From Octopus vulgaris (Eukaryota), in NCBI GenBank assembly GCA_951406725.2, contig OX597822.1, forward strand, positions 83,204,001 to 83,268,000: a DNA stretch of 64,000 nucleotides. The letters run 5' to 3'. A program made the translations under genes and the position numbers. Under the pieces are notes generated by a model, which made no database searches, had not been told where the DNA came from, and saw only the letters and a list, made by a program, of their open reading frames with translations. Shown here one piece after another: positions 27,189 through 41,428 of the stretch (position 1 is the first letter of the stretch; each line of letters opens with the position of its first letter).

Positions 27189-27639
27189 AGCAAATAAAGA
27201 CACGGTGCTCATGTCCGGAACATCTTTGATCCAAAAGTCTATCTGCGGAAATGAAAACTGGCATAGGGTTAAGCACTACCTACAAGAATCATTTCTACTC
27301 TAGGTTCAAAACCTATGACAACAACAACTACAACCACAATAGAACATTCCCGCTAGAATAAATGCTAAAGTCTGTTGTAAAATGCCTTTGGCCTCATTAG
27401 AGATTAATGTTTGCTTTATCTCTTTCGTGTTGCGTCTTCATATTTGAAATAGTTCTTTCTTTCCCTTTACTGCTTTTCTCTTTTCCTTTTCTTTCTTCCA
27501 TCTCTTCTAAATCGTTTATTCCACCTTCTCCACTCTCCACCATTCTGCTCTTTTCATTCGCCTTTGTTTCAATTCCAAATTCTATCAATTTCTTGGATGC
27601 ATTTGCATTTCTTTTCTTCTTAAAAAAAATTTCTTTGTT

Positions 27640-27655
27640 TTTGTTTTCTTTGTTT

Positions 27656-27709
<54 letters not shown>

Positions 27710-27771
27710 TTTTTTCTTTCTTTCTTTCTTTCTGCCTTCCTTCCTTCCTTCCTTCCTACCTTCCTTTCTTC

Positions 27772-27814
<43 letters not shown>

Positions 27815-27889
27815 TTTTCTTTCTTTCTTTCTTTCTGCCTTCCTTCCTTCCTTCCTTCCTACCTTCTTTTCGTTCTGTCTTTCTTTTTT

Positions 27890-27924
<35 letters not shown>

Positions 27925-27925
27925 G
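27640..27925. repeat. (TTTC)n/(TTCC)n polypyrimidine satellite with ~100-bp internal duplication
   Basis: TCTGCCTTCCTTCCTTCCTTCCTTCCTACCTTC occurs at ~27731 and ~27834. Confidence 0.95.
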
Positions 27926-28513
27926 CAATCAATCTACAATTGTTCCTTTTTTTCGTTTCATGCCTTTTTACATTTGTTTGTTTTGTTTGCTTCTTGGTTT
28001 CTTTCTTCTTTCCTTCCATAATTTCTCTCCCTCTGTTTTTTTTCTCATTTGATTTATTTTTTTCATTCCTTCCGTCTTTCCTTCTCTTTATAACTAGGAG
28101 AGGGGTGGAGGCTGTTTCCAAGTCATCGTACATGTAAAATTGTTCGACATCTCTCACTACCATCCGATCACTATTAGAAATCCAGTTATACCCAACACCT
28201 CACACCCCAATGACACCCCAATAACAAATACAAGGAAACAATAACGATGCTTTAAAAGTACGTGATTCACCCAAACAAAACAAAAAGCCATCGTAAGCGG
28301 TTGTATCGAGTAGGGTGTATGTTTTGGCGTATGTATGTGTGTGCATACTTGCATGTCAGTGTGTGTATGTGTGTTTGCATGTGTGTGTCTGTCTATCTGT
28401 GCGTGTATGTATGTTTGAGCGTGTATGTCTGAACTATTGTGTGTGTATTGAAGCAGTTGTGTGTGTATATATATATATGTGTGTGTGTGTGTGTATTGAA
28501 GCAGTTGTGTGTG

Positions 28514-28554
<41 letters not shown>

Positions 28555-28828
28555 ATGTGTGTGTGGCTGTGAATTCTTGTGTGCCATGGTTGACAAGGAA
28601 TGTTCTCAGTCTTCTGTGGAAGCGTTAATGGGATAACTAGCCTGCCAGCAAGATTCAATTAGACATTTGGGATGCGTTCAAGAAATGCGATAGATACAAA
28701 ATAGATAGATAGAAATATGGACAGGTTGATACAGGGGCAGACAGATAAATAGGAAGGTAGTTATGTAGATAAATAGTAGATAAATAGATAGGTGAGTTCG
28801 TAGGTAGATAGATAGTAGACAGGCATAG

Positions 28829-28882
<54 letters not shown>

Positions 28883-29035
28883 GTGAGTTCGTAGGTAGAC
28901 AGACATAGAGAGAGATAGATAGGTAGATAAATTGGTAGTTAAATAAATCGTACAGAAAATTGATAGAAATCGATAAAGAGAGAGAGAGAGAGAGAAAGCG
29001 AAAGAGTGAGAAAGCGAGCGAGAGAGAGAGAGAGT

Positions 29036-29076
<41 letters not shown>

Positions 29077-29221
29077 GGGTTAGAGATATTGTGAGTGGGT
29101 ATGAATGTATAGGTTTGAGTACGAATGGAAGGAGAGAAAAGCAGAGATTAAAGAAACATAAGTTAAACAGTTTCACACATATTTGAAAGTGCGTATGCAG
29201 TCTTGCCTGCATGTGTGTGCT

Positions 29222-29320
<99 letters not shown>

Positions 29321-29417
29321 GTATAAAGGTCAAATTGCATCGAACGCATGAGAAAGCATTGCTGAAAGTGCTTGCTCACAGAAATCGAATGTTTATCTCG
29401 CAACTCTAATTTCAATA

Positions 29418-29484
<67 letters not shown>

Positions 29485-30353
29485 ACGAGAGAGAGAGAGA
29501 GATTGCTTGATAGATAGATATATTGATATCTACTCTTTCGTTGTTTTACTAGTTTCAGCCATTAGGATTGCAGCCAAGCTGTTGAAATGTGTTCGGGAGT
29601 TTTAACCAATTATACTTGTCGAATTATCAAGTCGCCGAGTATATCTTCAATCATGTTTCTTCATACCTCATTAACAAGTAAATACGTTCCACTAGCAATT
29701 AATTTAAACCGATGTCTATAGTTGTACACAAGCAGAAGCAATGGAAAGTACATCACACTCGCATCAGCAGGGTTATCTTGCCATTCATGTTTAAGATACT
29801 ATGAGCTCACAGTCAGTAAAACGATTTTCTTTTCTTACTTTCCCAGCTCGTTTCGTATGCACCCAGATTCATTCATTTTTGTATGACTATCATTTCCAAT
29901 TACTTGTTTCTAATTTTGCGGCCCTATGATTCATAAGACCCATAGCCCGTTTTCCATGCCATAGAAGAACCGATATCACAACCTTTCTCTGAACGGGATA
30001 CCCGTCCGATGCAGTGTTCTGGGTCATTAAGTTTTTGAGGAGAAGAGACAAGTTGATTGTATCGATCCTGCTACTTTATTTTATCGATCTTGAAAGGATG
30101 AAAAGCAAAGCTGACCTCTGCGAATTATAAATTATTAAAGTTTGCACTTCCATCTATTCACCTTAGCACCGTCAATTTCAACGCGGTCCTGTTTATCTGA
30201 ACTAAATTCTTCAGGCCACCCTCTACATTCACTTAGCACTCGACAGTTACACGGTTTTTTCACCTAAAATAAGTGAACTTACTTTTAAATACAATATTAG
30301 TTTAATCATTGTTTATTTTTCAATAATACTTTCATTGTTATATCTAGGTTTAA

Positions 30354-30790
30354 GTCGGAGAGTTGGCAGAGCCGTTAGAACGCTGGACGAAATGCTTAGC
30401 GGTATTTCACCCGTCGCTACGTTTTGAGTTCAAATTCCACCGAGGTCCACTTTGCTTTTCATCCTTTCAGGGTCGATAAATTAAGTACCAGTTGCGTACT
30501 GGGGTCGATGTAATCAAGTAGTCCCTTCCCCCAAAATTTCAGGCCTTCTTCCTATAATATAAAGGATTATTATATGGATGTTTAAGGCAGAAAAATTGCA
30601 GAAACCCGCCAGACAAAATGATTAGCAGTATTTTTACCGTCTTTGCGTTCTGAGTACAAGTTTCGCCGAAATCGTCTTTGCTTTTCATTCTCTAAGTGTC
30701 GATAAAATCAATACCAGTTGACCACTGAGATAAATGTAATCAACTTGCTATCTTACGCGAAATTGCTGGTCTTGTGTCTCCGAAAACTTG
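30354..30790 (+). mobile_element. Two tandem SINE family B copies (second decayed)
   Basis: GGAGAGTTGGCAGAGCCGTTAG... followed by GGCAGAAAAATTGCAGAAACC... with the same central motifs. Confidence 0.8.
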
Positions 30791-31784
30791 AAATCATTTA
30801 CATGGCTACTTTTGTCCAGAGACACTTAGCAACGAAGTCAGTTCAGTGCCACTTGGCGGTACACTTGATTTACTGTTGCTTAAAAGTCGGTCATAACAGA
30901 CAACAAACTTTTAGGAAATGTTGGATTTTTCTGGAGAAATTCTAAACACGTCAATTCTGGATGCAAAACAGACCGATAAAAGAAGTACCAGACTTAAAAA
31001 AAAGCATGACTAAAATTTTCCAAGGAAGGGCTCCAGTATGGCTGCAGCCCAATGACTGAAACAAGATAAAAGATCACTAGAAGAATATGTTCTTCATTAT
31101 CGATTACTTATCTCTTCGCTAAAAGTTTTAAAGTGCAGATCTACTGAACTGGATGTTCAATTTGACGAACTTTGACATGGAAAATGAATCAAATAAATTG
31201 TTCTCTTTTCAGAACTAGATGATTGATTGGATTTCGATTTGGCGGACATTAATATCAAGAGAGGTTTCATCAACAGATTAGTTGTCTTCTATGTGTGGTG
31301 CAATTTATCGTCCAAGTTTTTCATTAATCCTGACTGACTACTTGTGAAGCGTTGTAAGTTTTAACACCTTTCTAAGTAAAAACACGACTTTCAGTTCCAA
31401 TTATAAAGCACCACATTGTTCCTACATTACTAGTCTTTGACAATCCATGTCATACGACGTAGTATTCTCATAAAAAAAACATATCCTTACCTACACGCAA
31501 GTATTTTCTACTTGTTTTTAAATAAGATTAGAGACCTAGAAATTTCTGTTCAGTATATTGATCGTTTATAATGAACAATGACGGACGTTTTGAAACGAAA
31601 TCATCAACATCGTTTCTCATGGCATTTTGTCGCATTCAATTACGGCACAGACTGGAATTCCATTATTTTGTATGAATGAACATTTTTGATAGTTATAGGC
31701 TGTTTCAATTTTTCGAAACGGCAAAATATTTTCCTTTTCCTTTTTCCATAAAATGTAATTTCCCCTTTTACTATCATTATTGAG

Positions 31785-32413
31785 TGAGAGAGCCGTGTAT
31801 GCCATCAAAGTGGGTAAAATATATGATTCCCAGTATACCCATCATGACTCCCCGTCTGATAAGGGTACACCAGGTACGTGCATCACAACCACATGTGGGC
31901 AACATGGTGATCTCATATCAAGATAAACAGCGCATGACCATGCAGGTTGCGCCCAGTTCTGCAGGTCGAGTAGCCCATCCCGCTCAAAAGGTCCCCGAAT
32001 AAGGGCTGTTTAAGGATGTTGAACGAAACACCCATATTTTCAAATGTGAATTATCCAAACCCCAAAGAATACCTTTCAACATATGGCTATGATGCTTCCC
32101 CACTACTTCTGCTTGTGAACAGAGATGCACATATCGTCAGCCACTAAAGGACATGAGCAACTGGTTAAGGTCAAACAACTGACAAGCAAATCTGTGGTAT
32201 TGAGCAGGATATTTGTTGTAGCCCATCTTTTATACCAACGTAAAACAACTTCCGATCAGTTAAGATGAGAAGCCATGAAAGCCACTGCCTGGTGCTGCAT
32301 CAGGGCATCGCTGTAGCTCATGTTTTATACCAAGACAAAACAATGTACATGATATCTCTTCCAATCAGTTAAGATCAGAAAACATGAGAGCCACTGCCCG
32401 GTACCGAATCAAG

Positions 32414-32500
<87 letters not shown>
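31785..32500 (+). mobile_element. Unclassified repeat with duplicated 3' segment and (TTA)n tail
   Basis: TGTAGC.CAT.TTTTATACCAA...TCAGTTAAGAT.AGAA..CATGA.AGCCACTGCC occurs at ~32217 and ~32312; ends in a long (TTA)n. Confidence 0.55.
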
Positions 32501-32505
<5 letters not shown>

Positions 32506-32519
32506 ATCATCATCATCAT

Positions 32520-33136
32520 ATGAACAGTCCGCGCTTATTTTGTTGGGTATGATGGAAAGTGTCAGTTGTCCACAGCTAAGGTGACACTTGTTTTACTGGT
32601 TATGCTTTAAGAACTCTGCGAAGAATTCTTGCAGTTCCAAGAAATGCTGATTTTTGTAGATGTTCTACCTTCACACTTGCACCAATCTTTTCAGCCATGT
32701 TGGTAGCTGAATGCTGATATTTCCAAGTGCACCAATTACTATTTGCATCACGTCTACTCTCCTTATTGATCAGAACATTCGTATTTCCCACTTCAAATCG
32801 TCGTAGTTGCTTTTTTTTCTTCTTCTTTCATATTGATCCTTTTGTCACCGGGGCATGCTATGTCGATTATCATACATCTTCTTTTTTATTCATCATAACA
32901 ATGTCCAGTTTCCTATGTCTAATCGCACTGGATCATTGCATCCCACAGGATTTTACAATTCTTACTTTCAGTGACTTCTTCTGGAGGTTTCTCATACCAC
33001 GTCATTGTTCTTTGCAGGCCGTGATTTGCACAGAGCTCCCAAGGGATCATTCTTGCCACATAGTCATGGCGTCGGTTGTGTTTGCGTTGTGCCAATTTTG
33101 GGCATTCGCTAACGATGTGCCATACCGTTTCACCCC

Positions 33137-33140
<4 letters not shown>
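32520..33140 (-). mobile_element. R4/Dong-type RLE LINE 3' fragment
   Basis: GETVWHIVSECPKLAQ..RRHD, DIVMM..IIDIACP and VEHLQKSAFLGTARILRRVL. Confidence 0.9.
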
Positions 33141-33205
<65 letters not shown>

Positions 33206-33235
33206 TGTTGTTGTTATTGTTATTATTATTATTAA

Positions 33236-33415
33236 GGGTGACTTGGCAGAATCGTTAGCACGCCGGGCGCGGTATTTCGAATGTTTCTTTACGTTCTGAG
33301 TTCAAATTCCGCCGACATCAACATTGCTTTTCATACTTTCGGGGTACATAAATTAAGAATCAATCAAGTACTCGGGTCGATGCAATCGACTATCTCCCCA
33401 TTCCCTCAAATTTCA
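33236..33415 (+). mobile_element. SINE family B
   Basis: GGTGACTTGGCAGAATCGTTAGCACGCCGGGCG. Confidence 0.8.
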
Positions 33416-33439
33416 GTAGAAAGTATTAATATTATTTAT

Positions 33440-33770
33440 TGCCTTTGCACAGCTTCTAACGCTGGAGATGTTCTACAGTGCCAGCTGTTCATTACCAGTG
33501 AACTAAGATAGCACCCCTTATTTTTCGAACACCATCCAGAGTATTAGATCGGTTCCAAGCAGTGCTGTTTTCAGCAAGTGCTCCACGCTTATTGCAGCCC
33601 CTATTTGTTTTATGTACTTCTCAAGATTTTTGCTCACTGTTCCCAGGTCTCCGACAATTATTGGTACTACTGGTACCTTTTTCCTCGACTACAGCTGCTT
33701 AACTTCCCAAGTTAAATTGTCATATCTTTCGACTTTTCTTTCTTCCTTATCGCATTTCTTCGAGGAATAC
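33440..33770 (-). mobile_element. RLE LINE 3' fragment, same family as 12381-13020
   Basis: Shares CCAAGCA.TGCTGTTTTC.GCAAGTG.TCCAC.CTTATTGCAGCCCCTATTTG. Confidence 0.85.
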
Positions 33771-33941
33771 CAGATAAGCCACAAATACCTGGATACAAAT
33801 CACGCGACAAGAACTCCTTACTCGAATGGACCATGATACCACAAAACTGGATTTAAAAAAGAATTTAGCTAATCCTATCGGGTGGCTATTAAGTTAGACA
33901 TGGCCTGGATGAATCTTTGGCCGAAACAAATGTTAGTTTTA

Positions 33942-33972
<31 letters not shown>

Positions 33973-34675
33973 GAAAACTATTTGCTAACCTAATGTGCTG
34001 GTTGGGGGTGTTAAACTCTCCTGTTCGAAAATATAAGGACACAAGTTGTGTGACATACAACCAGTTGGAGACGATGTCTCCTGGAGCTAAACAACAGTAG
34101 CATTCGTCCCAACCGGGAATGACACATTAAGCTGGCAAATAGACTTTACATTAAAGTACTGCTACTGAATATCTCACGTTGAAAGATTTAGGAACAATAT
34201 ATATATCAGTTTGCTGAAAGTATAAATAAAGTCGTGTGTGTGTGTGTGCGTGTGTGTGCGTGCGTGCACGTGTGTGTGTGTGTGTGCGTGTGTATGTGTG
34301 CGTGTATTTGTGTGCGTGTTTGTGTGTATGAATATGTGTGTATGTATATGTGTATATATACAGGTTATCTATACATCTCAGGCACACAGACAGACAGACA
34401 CACATACACAAACATACCCCTCCCCCCACAAACACCTCCAACTCGACACATATACTGAAAGATAGAAAATAAATGAATAGATGAATAGGTATATATATAT
34501 ATATATATATATGTTTGTATGTATGTATATATGTATATACGTATATATATATAGAAGTACGTATTTATACATGTATATGTATGTGTATATATGTGTATAT
34601 ATATATATATACTTACATACACGCACACTCACATATATATGCATGTATGTATATATACACATATATATATGTATG

Positions 34676-34736
<61 letters not shown>

Positions 34737-35550
34737 TCAATAGGCAAATAATTGTCTTTAAGTGTTTCATAAAAAACACATGATTATGTTTAAGTTGGTT
34801 TAACACGTTTCTAAAGAAATTCTGGCTAAATATAGGAATCACAATGGAGTCTACATATAAAAGAGATATTTATGGCCTAATTTACATCTTGAACAGATAT
34901 GTTTGGGCAGTATAGTGTGTATGTGTTTGTGTGTGTGTATGTTTGTGTGTATGTATGTTTGTATGTATGTATCAACATGTGAAGCCTTTAATACAGACGC
35001 ATTTTTCTCTCCATTGTATTCTTTCGTCATTCTGCAAAAATAACTTACGCTCGAAACGTCAATGACTCTTCCATTTTTCCTGAGCACAGAACTAATACAC
35101 TCAGCTTGTTATACTCACCACCTGTCGCTGCTCGCTGTCTTTTCTTTGCTTTTGTATTTTCTACAACAGTGAAGCATATGCATGTATGTATGCATCTATG
35201 TATGTATGTATGCATATATGTATGTATTAGTTTGATATTGGACGACTGCTTAAGAAGTTTACATTGAAAGAGTGAGACCCCGAGTTAGATTTCAGTGCAT
35301 CGAATGTATTAAACATACTTGGGTCCAGCGAGGATATTTAATAGATTAAACTAAATAAAGACTGACGCGGGTATACATGTGTGGCTAAGAAGAACACTCT
35401 GCAACCAAATGTTTCCGGGTTCTGTCCCACTGTACAGCAAGTATTTTCTTTTATAGCCCCTGACCAAGCGATATTGCGTTGAGTGAATTTGGTAGAAGGA
35501 AGCTAGGTGGAGCCCACCGAATGCACACACGCATACACACATGTACATCA

Positions 35551-35610
<60 letters not shown>

Positions 35611-35708
35611 TATGTATACATACATATATACATATATATGTATACATACATACATATATACATATATATGTATACATACATATATACATATATACATATA
35701 TATATGCA

Positions 35709-35752
<44 letters not shown>

Positions 35753-35758
<6 letters not shown>

Positions 35759-35883
35759 CGAGAATGAAGCAACAAGAATGGATAGGTTTTTAGTACAATC
35801 GTTTCATACAAGGATTCATATTCCTTGTATGAAACGATTGTACTAAAAACCTATCCATTCTTGTTGCTTCATTCTCGCTTATA
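35753..35883. repeat. Perfect 62-bp inverted repeat with 7-nt loop
   Basis: 35753-35814 is the exact reverse complement of 35822-35883. Confidence 0.95.
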
Positions 35884-35994
35884 ATCACCCCACATTACTG
35901 TATTGTTAAATCAGTATAGTTTTTTTTGGTGCATCTAAGTTAGGTACCATATTCAAGTAAATTCTTTTAAATTAACTTGAATCTTTATTGCTTT

Positions 35995-36066
<72 letters not shown>

Positions 36067-36069
36067 GAA

Positions 36070-36109
<40 letters not shown>

Positions 36110-36119
36110 AATACATATA

Positions 36120-36290
36120 CCTTTCTACTCTAGGCACAAGGCCCAAAATTTGGCGGGAGGGTGCCCAGTACGCAACTGAGACTTAATTTATCGACTCCGA
36201 AAGGATGGAGGGCAAAGTGGACCTCAGCGGAATTTGAACTCAGAACGTAAAGGCAGACGAAATACCGCTAAGCATATCATCCGGCGTGCT
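36120..36290 (-). mobile_element. SINE family B
   Basis: TTAATTTATCGAC.CCGAAAGGATG...GCGGAATTTGAACTCAGAACGTAA. Confidence 0.8.
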
Positions 36291-36538
36291 ACCTATCAGC
36301 CTACTATCTATCTTTTTAACAACCTACCTATTTGCCTTTTTTATTATCCGCCTCTATATGTGGTCACGTATATTACTTATCTTCATACATACAGACATAT
36401 GCAGATGCATTTATACTTACAAAAACACACACACACACATAAATATGCGCATTTATATATGTATGAATACATGCATATATGTGTGTATGTACGCAGTGTA
36501 TGCACGCATGCACACATGTATGTGTATATATATATGTA

Positions 36539-36582
<44 letters not shown>

Positions 36583-36698
36583 TGTATATATTCAGTAGAA
36601 TACACTGTATAAACCGATAAGTGACTGATAAGTAGCGTTAATAACCTTTATGGCTCCTGAATGATAAATATATATATGTATGTATGTATGTATGTGTT

Positions 36699-36747
<49 letters not shown>

Positions 36748-36749
36748 TG

Positions 36750-37701
36750 TTGTGTCTGGGGAGAGTAATTTTCTTTTTGTGCCTTATAATTTAAAACACT
36801 CACCGGTAGAATTTCCACTTTTGTTTGTATTTTCCTAAAACTTTCGTTGCCTCTTGTAACCTTTTCAATAGTCTTGACTCTGTCCGTTACTTACACTGCG
36901 TTCCTTTTTGTCTGTTCGTGCGCTTGTGTGTGGGTCAGTGTGTGTGTGTATGTATGCATATGTATATATGTATGTATGTATGTGCATCTGTATGTATGTA
37001 TACTGCATATTTATGTGCTTGCATGTCCGCATCTGTGTATTGTTTATGTATGTGTGTGAGTGTGTGTTTGTATATGTATGCACCTCTGTCTCCTTGTGTG
37101 TGTGTGTGCGCTTTGCAACTATGTACCGTGTTTGTGTGCATGGATGTGCATCTCTATATGTGCGGATCTGTGTCTCCATATGTGTTCTTGTGTGGAGTAA
37201 AGTGTGTGTGTATATATGGTCATGTGTTTCAGTCTCCATTTGCGTATGTGTGCTTGTCTGTTCATATAACCTATGTACCTATCCGTCTGTATGCTGATCT
37301 GTTTATTTTCGTATCCATTTGCTTACATACATGTGCATGTACACACACACACACACACATACATAAAAAATATGCAAACACGGACAAGCAGGCACATGAA
37401 TATGCAGAATACATACATACAGATGCACACACATATATACATATATGCATATGCATACATATACATATATACATACACACACATACATACATGCATGCAT
37501 GGGCGCGCGCACACACACACATGCGCACAAACAAACAAAAAGGAACGCAGTGTAAATAACGGACAGAGTCAAGACTATTGAAAAGGTTGCAAGACGCAAC
37601 GAACATTTTAGGAAAATAAAAATAAGGAATAAGTGGAAATGTTACCGGTGAGTGTGTTAAATTATATGGCACAAAAAAATAATGACTCTCCCCAGACACA
37701 A
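36750..37701. mobile_element. Fold-back element with ~300-bp imperfect inverted arms
   Basis: TTGTGTCTGGGGAGAGT..CACTCACCGGTA..AACCTTTTCAATAGTCTTGACTCTGTCCGTTA.TTACACTGCGTTCCTTTTTG mirrored at ~37345-37701; a solo arm lies at 40923-41070. Confidence 0.9.
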
Positions 37702-37829
37702 TAAAATATGCTTCAACACACGAACTCACATAAAGAATCTTGCAAACCAAACCCCAAAATCGAAATATATATATCTTAGAATAATAAAGAGAAAGTTCTT
37801 AGTACAGTATTATACGTGTGTGTGTGTGT

Positions 37830-37865
<36 letters not shown>

Positions 37866-39476
37866 GTGTGTGTTTGTGTGTGTGTATGTGTGTGTGTGTG
37901 TGTGTGTGCGTGCGTTTGTGTGTGTGTAGTCATGTACGTATCTAAGCGGAGATAAGTAGATTGATAGGGAGTGAAAGAGAGGCAGAGATAGATAGAGAGA
38001 GAAAGAGAAAGAGAGAGAGAGAGAGACTGGTATGTGTTATTCAGGGAGAATGGAGAGAAGATGATCAGTAGGGGAAGAATCGATTTTTAAAGTACTTCTA
38101 TGTCTTCCTTTTCATTTAAGTGATCGAACACCTTTCTAAAATGCTTACCTAAATATAGTAATTGGAATTATAGTCTCAGGATGTATGTCAGCCGATTTAT
38201 AGATTCTAAACACATGCGAGTGTGTTACTTTAGTTAGCTGTGTATGTTGGCGCGCTGTTAAAAAGTCTACTGCCCAATCAGAAAACTCGTGTTCGATTCT
38301 GACGCTTAGAAAATAATTTTTACACATCCTTCGTTTAGTCCAAGTCTTGTGGGTCAGGTTAGGCTCAAGGAAACTATATGGAAGCCTGTCTGATAGGTTC
38401 TGGGAAGAATCAATTGTAAATATTGATGCCGATCCTGTTAGTATTTTTAGCATGCAATTTAGAAATCAACAGCATTGTATACATAATTTAAAATCGTTTC
38501 TATTGCTTTTGCCATTAGAACCTTTATAAATAGATTTTCTATGTCTGAGGTTGTAAAATGATATAATCACAGGTTAGACCACAGTATACAGTGAAGAAAA
38601 GAAGTAACCTTTTGCTGTTAATAAGGGGTATGAAATCAGCAAAAAGTTGTAATATCTATGTGCGCCAACTCTGCACTCTCGTTTACCGATTCAAAGTGAA
38701 ATGATTCAAGACAAGAACATTCTATTTACAGCAGGTCTGTGAACGATACATTCGTTGTAATTTACCCCCTGGAAGATATCGAGAAATTAAAGAGTTGGAA
38801 AACAGCTATGTACTAAAACTGAACATCCAGAACAAATAAAAAGATAACTGCTAGCAACATACAGACTCTGTTTCTAGACAGGAATATTCAGATAGATAAT
38901 AACCGTTGCCTTAGTTCCGTCTACATCAAAGGCATTAATATATTCATATAATTACACAGAGAAAGCGAATGTCCTCACAAACACAAAATATCTGTGATGA
39001 AATATTTACTTGGAAGAATATTTAGTTTCTTCTTCACAAAACAGTGCACCAAAGAAATCTACAGAATAAACAAACATTAACCAAGAGTGGAATCTCACAG
39101 GAAGCCATAGAACTATGCATACGATACATTGTATACAGATACAATGCAATAAATAATCAAAGAATAGAGCTATCAAAACAAAACATAGGGTGTATTACAT
39201 GAATCTAATGCATATTAATTATAGAAAAACAACCCACACATTATCAAAAGCCTAACGGCTGTATGAAGGCTAAGCCGTGGCTGTGTGGTAAGAAGCTTGC
39301 TTCCCAACGACATGGTTCCGAGTTCAGTCCTTCTGTGTAGCACATCCAGCAAGTGTCTTCTACTATAACTTGGGCCGACCAAAGCCTCAAGAGTGGACTT
39401 GGTAGATTTGGTAGACAGACAATAAAATAGTCCGTCGTGCATATGTATATATACATATATATATATATACGCATAC

Positions 39477-39535
<59 letters not shown>

Positions 39536-39960
39536 GCGGTATTACATTCATATGTGTGTGTGTTTGTGAGTCATTGTGATTACGTTTGCCTCCTCACTAC
39601 CAACACCGCTGCTTGGCAAGCGGTGTTAGTGTGCTTATATCCCCGTAAATTCGATAATTTCTTGAAATCTTTGGTCTGCTGGTGGCGGGGTAAGGCTGTT
39701 TGAATATAAACTCTGTATACATAGAAGTGCCGTTAGCCGTGCGTGTCCGAGATGCGCGCTCATCTCGCGCCCAAACACTGACGTATTGTGGCGATGATAC
39801 TGCTGCCTTATTTTAGACGGGAAGGACAGGGAGTGTGTATCTATTCGGTTGCCTCATTCTGATAAGGTTGCGGGGTGGATCAAACCGAAAGTGCAGAACC
39901 CTCGTCCTCCCCATCGTCCTCCCCATCGTCCTCTCTTCATCCTCCTCCACTCCTCCTCCC

Positions 39961-40048
39961 CTTCTTCTTCTTCTTCTTCTTCTTCTTCTTCTTCTTCTTC
40001 TTCTTCTTCTTCTTCTTCTTCTTCTTCTTCTTCTTCTTCTTCTTCTTC
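39961..40048. repeat. (CTT)n microsatellite, possibly the (AAG)n tail of a minus-strand LINE relic
   Basis: Direct reading; the tail interpretation is inference. Confidence 0.9.
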
Positions 40049-40788
40049 CTCTCAAATCTGTCCTCATCAACGTCTTAATGTTCCCATTGCAAAGAAAAGT
40101 GGCGAAATGCTGTGTTCCTGCAAATTTGTTGAAAGGTGGGTGAATGTATCAAGTATGGTTCGAATGAACAGGTCCGGTCTGAGTATGTACCTAGATTGAA
40201 CGAAGAGGAGGGGTACTCAGAGTGACCGTGGTTTTGTGAGGTTTCCACGAGTAGCCCTGGAAGTCTCTTCGCATTTTATGGATTATTTCATCTTTAAATT
40301 TTTTGTTTCTTTGTTTTTCTTTACTCTTTACGCGTTGCACTCATCTCCACATTATACTGTATCGTTCTGTATCGTCCTCAGTGTGTTGTAATCGATGGTT
40401 ATTTGTTAATTATCCTCCCAACACTCCATCTTCTTATTGATGACTGTGTATTATCATAAATAAGTGCGGTCCATTACTAATGTATTCTCTATTGCCACGC
40501 GTCTTCCCGACTAAAGTATTCACCATTTCCAGTTCGAAGGTATCAACGTTATCATGCTTCATACGAGTTGATAGTATTTGTTTCTTCGCTGCGTAATTAT
40601 TACCTCATTATGTGCGCTGTTAGCATATTATGCATCAAAGCAACGATCACACGCCGAATCTTTGGAACAGCTGTAAAGTTTTTTTTTTCTAATATATATA
40701 TACGTATCATAATAAATACATACATGCATACATATATACATACATACATGCATACATACATACATACATACATACATACACACATACA

Positions 40789-40822
<34 letters not shown>

Positions 40823-41428
40823 CATGCATGGATACATACATGCATGGATACATACATACATACATACATACATACATACATACATACATACATACATACA
40901 TGCGTACACACACACATACATATTGTTGTGTCTGGAGAGAGTCATTCTGTTTCAATGCCTTATTAATTAACACACTCACTAGTTCAATTAAAACATTTAT
41001 TATTTTTCTTTCCTAAAATTTTCGTTGCTTCTTGCAACCTTTTCATTAGTTGTTGACTCTGTCTCTTATATATACGGTGGTTGTCTACTCCTTATACAGA
41101 GTTTGACCACCTCCTGCACCTACACCTTAGCGCTATCATGGTGTCTGATGTGGCTTTTTAAACCAGACAAAGTTCTAAAAACACACCCACATAGATTTCA
41201 CCTCTGATTTGGACTAGCAAGACCTGCAGATAAGTTCTGCCCTTTGTGGATCTTAAAATGTCATTCGAGGCCTTAGTTGGATTTGAAAACCTTCTGACAT
41301 ACACTGCATTCAAAGGTGTGCACAGACATATAGGCAGAATAGTTGGTGGCGGTTCGCTTTCCATGAGTTCGCAGATGAGTTTTGAGGCCAGCAAAAGATA
41401 GGCATGGTCTGTCACAGACCATATATAT

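Noticed and set aside
27407-28163. Hydrophobic 204-aa ORF and Lys/Glu/Arg-rich ORFs
   Set aside because: Products of (TTTC)n repeats.
28157-28300. ORF ending LIVIGW, resembling class B GPCR TM4
   Set aside because: No upstream WMxxEG motif, an immediate stop and no suitable splice donor.
38149-38205. 57-bp minus-strand exon candidate with a strong AG|GTAAGC donor (IYKSADIHPETIIPITIFR)
   Set aside because: No recognisable homology; phase 2 does not fit the expected TM7 exon.
39857-39897. CTGATAA-GGTT..AACC-GAAA hammerhead-like motif
   Set aside because: Core mismatch and no NUH cleavage triplet or stem III.
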